A stretch of DNA of 61,833 nt, counting the filler. It is 9 parts of 9 records of this genome, joined end to end, with 100 filler letters (N's around TTAATTAATTAA, not from the genome) between each part and the next. Parts side by side here need not be neighbours in the genome. Positions count along the whole stretch, not along the records: positions 45,616 to 54,430 come from SRR15195285_197; positions 54,531 to 58,626 come from SRR15195285_198; 7 more parts are not named here. One strand, given 5' to 3'. Both the position numbers and the translations under genes were made by a program. The notes under the pieces are model-generated. The model ran no database searches, had not been told where the DNA came from, and worked only from the letters and a program-made list of their open reading frames with translations. Shown in pieces: positions 45,616 to 56,389 of the stretch. Positions within the stretch are counted from its first letter, which is position 1; every line of letters begins with the position of its first letter.

Positions 45616-48600
45616 GGTGGTGCTGGTGCTGGTGCTGGTGCTGTTGCTGGTGGTGGTGGTGGTGGTCGTAGTGGTGGTGGAGGAGGACGTGCCGCCGTCC
45701 TCGCGGCCATCGCCGCCACAGTGTTGCTGGTTTGTGCAGGCGACGTCTCTGCAGCCGCCGCCGGCCGACCGGCCACCTTTCCGCAGCATCTCACCGGCAG
45801 CACGTCGGCTGTGGAAGCTCTGCTCGAGCGTGTGCTGCCGCCGGGGTCAGCCGAGCACTTCGAGCTGGAGCTGCAGCCGCGCTGTCCAGGGGTTGCCGCC
45901 GGGAAAGCCTGTTTCACGTTGGCGGATGGAGCGGATGGGAGAACGAAGATCACAGGCACGACAGCGTCTGAGCTGACGGGCGCCATCGGGGTCTATCTAC
46001 GAGAATACTGCCAGATGACCATCGGATGGTCTCGTGGCGGTGGAAGCCGAGTGTTCAAGCCCGCGGTTTGGCCACGTGTGGGCACTTCGGTGTCTCGCGC
46101 GCGCTCTGTACCCTACTCGCACGTCACGCAGGTCTGCACGCACAGCTACACCCTCGTTTGGCACGACTGGCCAGCTTGGGAGAGCTTCATCGACTGGATG
46201 GCGCTGGCGGGCCACAACAGCATTGTAGCACCCACCGGGCAAGAGGAGATACAGTACAGGATATTCACCGAGCAGTTTGGCCTCACCGACATAGAGGTTC
46301 GCAACTGGACCAACGGACCAGCTTTCCTGACATGGTCGCGTGGACAGAACAGTCACGGCAATAGCATCGCCGGCCCGTTGCCACGGAGCTTCATGAAAGG
46401 GCAGTGGACTCTTGCGAAGCAAATTTTGACGCGATACCGCGAGCTTGCTATTGCTGGCCATCAGCCAGCGTTTGCCGGCTACGCGCCGTGGGCACTGGCT
46501 GTCCGGCAGAATGACACTCGCAAGGACTCGCGACACCCGTTTCCAGCCACCCGTGGGACCGAGGGTGCTGTCGATACAGCGTGGATCGATGGTCGGGACG
46601 CGTTGTTCACTCAGGTAGCGGACGCATGGATGAAAGAAATCATAACAGACTTTGGCACGGACCATGTTTGGCAGATGGATGGATTCTTCGCGGGTGGCAC
46701 GGGCTGGGGAGCTGACGGTGGTGATGCCGGAGTGGTGGAAGCGAGTTATCGACCGTCGCTGCGCGATAGAAGCGACGCGACCAGCTGCATCTGGTCTGGG
46801 CCCAGCAACCACACATACCTCAAAGGATGCGCTCAGAATGGTGAAGGCTCTGATATAGTTTCCACCGTACAGTCAGCTGTGGTGTGCAAACCGGCGTTTA
46901 CAAACCTCAGCGAGGCAAAGGCAGCGTGTGTCTCCAACGACTGGCCTGACTGCTCCGGCATCACGTGGCAGTTTGGAGTGTTTCAGCTGCGTGCTGGGCA
47001 CAGCTTCATCGTGAACACTCCATCAATGGCATCAACCTCGTATCGGATCAACAATCTCGCCCAGTGTAAGCCCAGGAACAAGGTACCTGCGATCGACCCA
47101 GTATGGCACGCGCGAGCGCAGGGCGCATATGGCGCTGTTGCTCGTGCCGATGGCGCAGACGCCAGATGGTTGCTGCAGGGTTGGATGTTGAAGATCAGAA
47201 ATCAAGGCTTTGGGCCACCGAAAGGCCCCGAGCGAGGGCCTCTTGCGCTTTCAAGGCTGAAAGCGTTCGCCACAGCCGCCCCTCCTGGGAATTTCATTTT
47301 GATGGATATGGACCAGACAGGAGCGGGGCAGTGGCAGAAGTGGGACGGCGTCTGGGGGTTGCCGTTCATCTGGACTTCTTTGCACGTGTTCGGCGGAAAT
47401 ATGGGGATCAAGGGAAATCTGACTGAAATCAACGCGATTCCATTCGCGGCACCACCTCTCGCCCCCACACAACCGGCATACGATCCGAGGACGCAGGCAG
47501 TGTGAGCTCAACCCACTACCTGCGCCGTTACTCACACTCCGTTGCTACCACCGTTACGCACACTGCGCTGTTGCTCACACTGCGCCTTCAAAAACGGACC
47601 ATTCTGCACGTTCGCCCGTGTGCAGCGGCGTGGGTTATACACCCGAGGGCCTGGATCAGAATCCTGCATACTATGAGCTCTTGCAGGAGGCAGCATTCAA
47701 GCAAACAAATGAGGCCAATTTGACTGAGTGGTTAGTTCGCCGAGCACACAGACGCTACGGACTACCAGCAGACGACCAAAATGTTGGGTCAACATGGGCT
47801 GACATAGGGTTTTCAGGCTATGCGCACGACGGCCAGGTTCACGATCCTACTGCAGTGGGCACATTGCATCCACAACCCGACGCCGAGGTATGGACAGGAT
47901 TCTCAGGCAACTATACGCCCACTGTGGGCATGTGTATGGAATGGCGAGCGTGGAATGCGTTGCTGGCTGCAGCTCCAGTCGTTGCAGCGGCAAATACTCT
48001 CACCCCCGGATCACAGAAGTTCGGACATTATCCGAAGACTTTTACTTACGATCTTGTGGACATCGGTCGCGAGGTCCTGGCGCAGCTCACGATCCCAGTA
48101 TCACAAGACTTCATGCGGGCGGTGGACCCAGAGGGGAGCTTACCGAAAGATCCGGAGGCCGCAGCGAGTGTGAACCGCACAGGCACCCTGTACGAGAAAT
48201 TGCTTCTTGACCTGGACAGGCTGCTCGCAACCGATAGCGCTTTCATGCTTGGACCCTGGCTGGAGAGTGCTCGTGCGCTCGGTGGCACCGCCACAGACTG
48301 CACGGGCACCATTGTCGGGGATCTGAACTGCACGGACTTTATGGAATGGAATGCTAGATCCCAACTCACTACTTGGAAGCCGACCCCAAAGAACGGTCCG
48401 CTGGGTGAACCACAAGATTATGCACGGAAGCATTGGTCAGGCCTGATTAGTAGTTACTATGTTCCGCGTGTTCGACTGTACGGACTCTGGTCAACTTCTC
48501 AGCCACTTGTTCCCACCTGGATCAGCCCTTGTGTGTGAATCGGAGGCATATTTCATTTGTATGCACAGAGTGACTGCTAAATTTCACTCATTTGAGCAGG

Positions 48601-48807
48601 TACAAGGAGCAAGCGCTCGCCAGCGTCGCTGGCAAGGAACACAATTTGAACGACAATCTGGTGAAGCTTGCGCACAGTTGGCAGACTACATTCGGGAATG
48701 CTTTTCCGACTGACCCGGTGGGTGACCCCGTCGTTGTTTCCAGAGCGCTGATCTTTACATGGGGGCAATACTTCACTCAGTGCAATGTTGCATCACCAAA
48801 AGCTTGA
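45616..48807 (+). CDS. NAGLU: Alpha-N-acetylglucosaminidase-like protein (GH89), 5' partial
   Basis: VCTHSYT..W.DW..WE..IDWMAL.G.N, GPAFLTWSR, GPLP, PAFAG, WLLQGW, LHVFGGN, VGYTPEGLDQN, YDLVDIGRE, EWNARSQLTTW and DYARKHWSGLI..YY.PR. Introns 47502-47625 and 48478-48599. The frame is open through a Gly/Ala repeat to the contig start. Confidence 0.93.
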
Positions 48808-49399
48808 GAAGTGGGTATGCGTACTCTAATGGCCTCCCAGCAGAGCTGCGCGGACACGATGCGAATGTTGAGAAAGGGCAACAGTTCTTTTCCCCATCAT
48901 GGGAACTTTCTCTATGCACTGGTAGCCTTTGGTGCACTCGTGTACCTCCGCAACCAATATAAATAGTCGCCTTGTATATGTCGCATTGCATTACTCTCGC
49001 CAACTAACCTCGAGCCCGAGACAGCTATCCGATGATTGCAGATAGTGCTAGCATTCAACTCAGCTTGGAAGTGTCGCTCGACAAAATTTGTTGGAATCTC
49101 TTTCTGGCAAGCCGCCAAGATGCCATTATCGCCGCAGAGCCCTCTTGCTTGGATGCAGCGCTGCAGAGTTTGCACGCACCTGTCGCAAGCCAAGCAGCCC
49201 GTGATGGCACATGTCAAAGAGCTGCAAGACGCCTTATAGGCAAAGTCAGCAAGCCGTGCAGGCAGACGCGAAGCAATAGCAAAAGCAGGACAAAAGAAAG
49301 ACGCCAAGCGACGAAGGAACAGGCTGTCAACGCGAGGGCAAAGAGCGTGGGGACCAGGAAGCCTGAGGTGGAACTGCACGCACAGGTGAGTGATATGAG

Positions 49400-52300
49400 C
49401 CAAGGTGTACACCCTCCTCTTCTGCTTTCCTTTTGAGCGCGGACAGCTTCATCAGCCTGCGATACATACACGCAGAACAGGTGAACCCGTGCTGTCCGGC
49501 GCCAAGGCGACGTGCACAGTGGCATGCGCGACCAGAAAAGCCATGCAAGGTGTGTAGCGTACGTGAGCTTGTGTCTCTCTTGTTCCTGCTTCTCCTTCGT
49601 CAGCGGTCCGAGTTTGCGCAGTATTCTATCCTCAAGCTCCTTGCGGTGACTCTGGGGCCTCGACGTCTACAGTAGATCGAGAGACGCGAAGCCTTTAGAG
49701 GATCAGCGTGACATGTCGCGAGCAGGCGTGCATAAACAGCGCTAAGTGTTCGCACCGTTGGCGGTGTGCCGCTATGCAGCGGCGTCGCGTCGCTCGCCAC
49801 AGTCTTCACGTCAATCGCCTTCGTCAACACAAACCTGCAAGAAAACAACAGAAGAGTTCAATCAGCGAGATGACACGTGCTCGTGGCAGCACACGAGCTG
49901 TACGCAGAGCGACATGTTTTGGGTCCATGCACGGACAAAACTCGCGATAACTCGACAAAATGTGCGCATGCGGAGCCTCTCCTCCCGTCTTCTATCCTAC
50001 CAGTAGAACACCTGCTGCGCTAAATCATGCTTACGGATTCGGCATTTCGTCGGGCTTGGACAGCGCCTCAAACCGGCCCCGAAATGCCAGCGTCACATCC
50101 TTCACAGCAGTGTGGCCTGGTGCGATCGGATCACACAGATTGTGGACTTCCCGAAGAATTTCGGGTGCAGAAAGTTTGCACCAATCGCCTTGCAGTAGCT
50201 CCTCGAGTCGGTGTACGGCATGTTGGCTGCTTACTTGCTCCAACACCATGCCCTCTCGCAGCCCGTTCATTCTCAGTTCCCTCCCGGCTGGATCCTTCGG
50301 CAGCCGACAAAGCACCACATACGTCCTTTGCCCTTGGCGAACGGTCCTAAAAGCCATGCCGCTGCCACTTGCGTGCTTCGTCTGTATGGGGGCCTGCGAA
50401 GTCTCAATTGGTGGGGAGTACCCCTTTCCAATCGCCTGACCTGGTTGATGGACTCCAAGGAACACTTTTACCGCGAGACTGTGCCCTGAGCAACGTGACA
50501 TTCCTATCGTCGGATACAGCTTCCGGCGGAGCGGGGACTCCATGTCTTCTTGCCGTGGGGATCCAGCCGTCCAGCCGATCCAGCCGTCCGGAAAATCACG
50601 CAGCGTGGCGCGTCGCAATATTTCGGTCGGCAATTTTTCGCCCTTAAGCTGCACCGCAAACCAGACCTCGTGCATGCTGTGCTCACTTTTGAACCCGCCG
50701 TCCTCGGCACTCCATTCGAGACCACACAGCACCTTGTCGCCCTTCTGCAGTGGCTTCGGCTTGCCGTCTTTGTCCTTGCCTCTTTTATTCAGTACTATCT
50801 CAGTGCCTGTGCCATTCGTGCACAGGTTACAGTTGTCGAAATGATAGCCGACTGAGCCGGGATACCATCCAGGCAGCTCCTCAAGCTCTGCTGCATGCTC
50901 TCGCAGCAGATAGCTCAGTCCGATTGCGATCTCCGGGAGATCATCCGAAAGTATTTCCACCTCGAAAAACGGGTGCTCGCGCCCCAGCGAGTCCGCGAGT
51001 TGCACAACGCCCGTCTGGTGGTGAATCTTGGTCTTGCCGCCGGGCGCAGCGTGCTCGGGACGTGCATGCTCTTTGTGGTATTCCAGCACGCAGCGTGCGC
51101 CGTACTCTGGGTGCTCATCGTCGGCGATGGTCGTCGCCGTACTCTGGGTGCTCTTCTTCAGCAGTGGTTTCTTGTCTCGTGCACGATACACGTTCAGCTT
51201 CTGGGCACGCTTGCCGTTAGGCAACGTGCACTCGGTCTGCCGCTTCGGATCTTCTGCAAATCCTGGCTTCATGAAGAGCTCCGCAATGTGCAACTCTACT
51301 GTTCCGGGGACCGCATGTGCGCGCGGCTTCCCTGGCGGCAGAGGTGGCTTCAGAGCTGGCGGCTCCTTGCCCTTCCAGCTCTGTTTCCCTGTGGGAACTG
51401 CTCCGTTCCCAGTACGTGTTGAAGCTGCCCCTTTCGCATTTTTGCCATCACCAGGCTGCCATTTGCGTGAGAACACCCACCTTTGGGCGCTTGGGTCCTC
51501 ATTCACAGTGCGGTACAGGTAACGCCCGCATTCATTCCGATAGACTGGAAAGCCACGGCTATCATGCACGAACTCTACATGCCCGGTCTCTGGGTCGACC
51601 CGCTTAGCGGAATAAATGCCGTTGAACGAGCCTTGATCGTAACGTTTAACCTCGGCTTCTGAGTGCGACTGTCCCTCACCATCCTGAAACCACTCCCGTG
51701 TTGTGCTGAGGCCCCATATGCTCTCATCTTCCACGGTCTCACCATCATTTTCCTTGCGAAGGTGTAGACGGTAAAATTTGTGCGCCAGCTCCACCTGCTT
51801 CTCGGGCGTGTGATCCTTATCTGCGGGGAAAGTTGCGGGGAAAGTTGTGGCAACCCACGCCTTCCGCAGCTTTGCTGTAATATCTTCGCAGATCTTCGGC
51901 GCGAGCGCGACCTCGCCCTCCAGCTTGTCCATGTGAGCAGCTTTCTCATCAACCTCGCACTGTAGAGTCGCGGCGTCCGCCAGCTGCGACTGCTGCAATC
52001 GCAGTGTCTCCTGCAAAGTACCATGAGCAACTTGAATTTGGGTGAGCTGATTCTGCTTTCTGGTGAGCTGATCCTGGCTGACGCCAGCCTCCTGCAGCAA
52101 TCTGAGCCGCAGCTGATCGAACTCCTCACCGAGTGACGCGAAACCCTCGACATGCAGTGCATAAGAGCGGTCCATCTGCTGTGCTGCAGCGTCGACGAAG
52201 GACCTTGCGACCTCTGCTTCGTGATCCGTTTCGGGCGAGTCTCCCTCATCTGAAGAAGCACCCCCGGCTACTCGGCGCAGGGTGTCGTGCACTTTCGATG

Positions 52301-54430
52301 GCCCCTGGTTCGTTCCGCCTTCTCCGCGGAACGACGCGTCAACATCCGCGAACGTCGTACTATGCATAGTAATGTCCAACCCACCCATCGTTATCTCCGA
52401 GTCGCCATCCTCTGACTCACGGAACCGTTGCTTGTGCGCATCGTGACGGTGCGTGTAACTCCGCTCCACTGGCACAACCATGCGTTGCGCGTCCCAGGGT
52501 GCGTTCTGCAGCAAATCGCCGCGCCCTACGCGACTGCTCGCCTCTTTCAAGTGTATCGCTTTGTCCTCCTTCTCCTTGACCCGGTCCAAGATCAGTTCAA
52601 TTGTTGCGTTAGCGTCCCGACCATCTTCGCCCCAGCCAGCCTCGGCCACCCGTTTCTCGTCCACACCCTCCTGCTCGGCACGCTTGAGCTGCGCACAAGG
52701 GCAAAGGACAGGTGACAACAGACCAATTTTAGTGCGCGAGTGAGTCAAAATGCGGTGCCCAGATGACCAAAATGCGACAAAACACGAAGCCTTGGCACAG
52801 TGCATTTCCACCAATCGTTAGCAACAGGGCACGCATAGTGGAGCGCACCAAGGCGTGCATCGGGAGTTCCTCGAGCTCTTTCCGAAGCTCGTCCCGCGCA
52901 GAGTCTGCTGCGACTGGCTGAACAAAAAATGAGACGCTGTGCGACGGCTGAACCTGGCTTCTGTCTTCATGCCCAGTCGGGATGTGCATGTGGTGAGTGC
53001 TGTGGGAGCCGAAGTGGTGCTGAACGTGTGATATGCTGCGGGTGGCCATAGTACTTGCTAGTGTTGGGTCATCGCTCTCCTGCCCAAACGACTCAACGAG
53101 CACGGAAGGGTCTTGCGAATGCGGGTGCTCGTGCGAGGTGTTTCCCGCAGTGGCTTTGCTGAGCTCATGATGGAATGACTCCCACTCTGCGCCGCCGTTG
53201 CCAGCTTCGAAGAACACAGTCTGGAGATCACGGCTAGTGAAGCGATGGGGTCCGGCGACTAAAGATACGTGCTCTGCCGTGGCTTTTGCGCGGAACTTAT
53301 CCAGCTGCGCTGAAAACGACTGCGCTACTGTGAGCGACTGTGGAGAGAACCCGATGAGGACATCGATTCGTCCCTGCAAATCATCCAAACCGTCGAATAT
53401 GCTCGTGCGCCGTTCGTGTTCATAGCCATCTGAAATCTGCTGCTGTGTGCGGATCGCGTTAGCCGGGTTCTCCAAATGGATCTGGAGAGTCTGGATGCAT
53501 TCCAGTAGGTCGTGCTCGTCGCCAAGGTGCCCAGCCTTCACCTGGTCAGACAGCTTCTTCACCAGTTGTGCTTTGGCGCTTTTCTCTACCTCGGCATCAG
53601 GCCACTCCTGAGTGTCGTGCTCTCGAGAGTACTGCCAAGACATCTCCAGCTTCAGCTCAACCGGCACCCCGACCACTAGGTCTTCGGACGCCTCAAACCT
53701 CCCCGATTGGGTAGAAGACTCCCATGTGCCTCGGATCGTGAACTCGTCGTGTGGCCCTTGCACAAGCGTTCCGGTCCATTTTGTCTCTTCGAGTCCGCTT
53801 TCTTCGTCAACGAACGTTTGCGTGAAACGGCATTCCCCTTTGCCTATCCGCTTGCCATCCTTTACAGACGTCTCCTCCTCTCCTGAAATTGTGAAGAGGT
53901 CTGGCACTGGCGGTGGAGTATACCCAGCAGCTTTGCACAGCTCTCCGCTATATGAGACGCCTGAGATCTTCCCCGAACGCGGATCCTCGTACAGGAGAAA
54001 GCTCTCGTTGAATGGGTTTGGATTATGTGGGTCGTTCGTGTCGCCGCGTGCATGCCACAGTCCAGCAAACGAAGTCGGCAGTTTAAGGTCCTCTAGAGGA
54101 CGAAGAGCCTCTGCTGGAGCCTCCACTGGAGCCGCAGCCATCTCCGGGGTCGACAATGCTGCAGGCCCAGCAACGTCTGGCTGTACCTCAGCAACGTCCG
54201 GGTGCTGCTGCTGCTGCTCCTCCTCCTGCTCCCGTTCCTGCTGCTGTGCAATAGCAGCAGTCTTCGCAGCACTACGAGCACTTGTAGGCTTAGCAACGTC
54301 CGGCGGCTCCTGCTCCTGCTCCTGCACTTGCTCCTGCACCTGCACCTGCACCTGCTGCACCTCTTCCCCGCTGGAGCCGTGTGACTCCAGCTGTTGCTCG
54401 TCCGGCTCCTGCTCCTGCTCCTGCTCCTGC
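49400..54430 (-). CDS. Large multidomain protein with QE-rich repeats, SAP/Rho_N-like helical motifs, coiled coil and SPRY domain; both ends uncertain
   Basis: ORFs 52729-54360 and 50031-52814 join via intron 52689-52848. SPRY-like FFEVEIL...IAIGL...LPGWYPGSVGYH.DN...GDKV.CG...LYPTIGM. A donor at 50034 and a second LMKLSALKRKAEEEG motif near 49410-49460 indicate further exons. Confidence 0.75.
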
Positions 54431-54530
54431 NNNNNNNNNNNNNNNNNNNNNNNNNNNNNNNNNNNNNNNNNNNNTTAATTAATTAANNNNNNNNNNNNNN
54501 NNNNNNNNNNNNNNNNNNNNNNNNNNNNNN
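54431..54530. other. Artificial contig-joining spacer
   Basis: 44 N + TTAATTAATTAA + 44 N. Confidence 0.99.
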
Positions 54531-56220
54531 GAAGCTTGACCGCATGGTGCAGATAGTCAACGAAAAGAACGCCGATGCATGCCTATCCGAGCTCAAGGAG
54601 TACGCACAGGAGGTGGACGTTGAATTTGTCATGAAGTCCGTGCGGTCTATCGGGCGGATAGCTGTCAACCTTGAAGTTGCGGCTGAGCGCTGTGTCACAC
54701 TGCTTCTCGAGCTTCTCGCGACGAAGGTGAACTACGTGGTGCAGGAGGGAATTGTTGTCATCAAAGATATTTTCCGGAAGTACCCGAATCGGTATGAGGC
54801 AATCATAGGCAACCTGTGCGATGCGCTGGACACGCTAGATGAGCCGGAAGCCAAGGCAGCGTTGATCTGGATCATCGGTGAATACTCTGATCGCATTGAA
54901 AACTCGGGAGAGCTGCTCGAGTCGTTCGCGGAGGCGTTCCACGAGGAGCCGTCTAACGTCCAGCTCCAGCTGTTGACCGCAGTGGTGAAACTCTTTCTGC
55001 ATAGAGCAGCTGATGCGCAAGAGTTGATGAGTAGCGTGCTATCGATGTGCACACAGGAGACTGACAATCCAGATCTGCGCGACCGCGGTTTCATCTACTG
55101 GCGACTGCTGTCCACCGATCCTGAGGCCGCGAAGATGGTCGTGGTGTCAGAAAAGCCCGTGATAGCTGCAGACACAGGTCAATACGAGCCGGAGCTGTTG
55201 GATGAGCTGATGTCTCAGCTGGGCACATTGTCATCCGTGTACCATAAGCCGGCGAGCCATTTTGTGACGGAATTCAAAGCCGTATCATATCAGGGAGGAT
55301 TAGGTGGCGACGACGAAGAGGCGTACATTGCGTCCGAGGACTACACTGGAGACGAGACGCCAGAGGTGCCCGCTCCACCAGTCCAGGCTCCTGCGGATGG
55401 ACGTGGGCTATCACGTGCTATGTCAGGCGACTTGCTCGGCTTAGGTGATGCTCCCGCACTAGCCACAGTTCTGGAGGACAAGCCGGTAGTTTTACCACCT
55501 GAGAAGACGGGCGGGCTGCAGATTCATGCTGCGCTGTCACGCAGCGGTGGGGGCGTGGTACTGGACGTGACATTAGTGAACAACGCGACAGATGGGACCG
55601 TATTCTCCGGCTTCCACATCCAGTTCAATAAAAACGCGTGCGGCCTGAAGCCGGAAGCAACTGCTGTACCCGTGGATGCAGTTATGCCTGGGGAACGGAG
55701 GTCAGCAGAGCTGCGGCTGATCACAGTGGCGGACTTCGTGCCTCCTCCAGACAAGCCGATCGACAGCGATCTTCAGTGTGCAGCGAAGTTCACCGGCGGT
55801 ACGGGTGCGGTTTGCTATTTCCGAGTGCCCTACACGCTAGCGACGTTGACTATGGAGGATGGCCGGATGGAAAAGGCAATGTACCTCCAAACGTGGCGAT
55901 CCATCCCGAATGAGAGCGAGGTGAGCAAGAAAATCGAGGGGCTTTGCCAACGCTGCCAGACGACGGATAATGTGATCGACTTATTGGAAGACAACAACAT
56001 TTTCAACACGGCGCGACGGCAAGACCAGCGAGGGCAGACGGCGCTTGAGTTGCTGTATGCTTCGATGCGCACAGTTAATGGTGTGACGATCCTTTGCGAG
56101 TTTACTTTTCCGAGAGGAGGCGGGAATGTATGCAAAGTGAGTGTGCGGACGGGTGAGCCGTTGGTGATACCACTGGTGCTGACGTTCATCGAGAATCTAC
56201 TCAAAACAGGGCAGGTTTGA
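54531..56220 (+). CDS. AP1B1: AP-1/AP-2 complex beta subunit (beta-adaptin), 5' partial
   Basis: ELKEYA.EVDVEFV, KVNYVVQE.IVVIKDIFRKYPN, LDEPEAKAALIWIIGEY, QLQLLTAVVKLFL, DNPDLRDRGFIYWRLLSTDP, TLSSVYHKP, and appendage motifs IQFNKN and EDG.ME...L.TW.SIP. Most non-animal eukaryotes have a single shared beta1/2 subunit. Confidence 0.96.
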
Positions 56221-56389
56221 CGCCCTCCGTAGGTGAACCTGACGAGAGCCACCTGAAACTGTAGCCTCGGTTTACAGCTCAGGACGTTGTACTAGTAAAA
56301 TAATCTTGGTGAGACCCCTCTGCACCCGAAACGAACCCCACAGGAGTACGCTTCATGCACATACATTCATCACAGGTTTACAGGCAGGA

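Noticed and set aside
45616-45690. GGT/GCT run here and CTCCTG run at 54300-54430 as regulatory repeats
   Set aside because: They are coding microsatellites (Gly/Ala and Gln/Glu) at contig ends and probably caused the assembly breaks.
207-52848. Introner-like repeated introns
   Set aside because: By eye the inferred introns share only splice signals and similar length. I saw no near-identical copies or terminal inverted repeats; a genome-wide all-vs-all comparison would be needed to exclude this fully.
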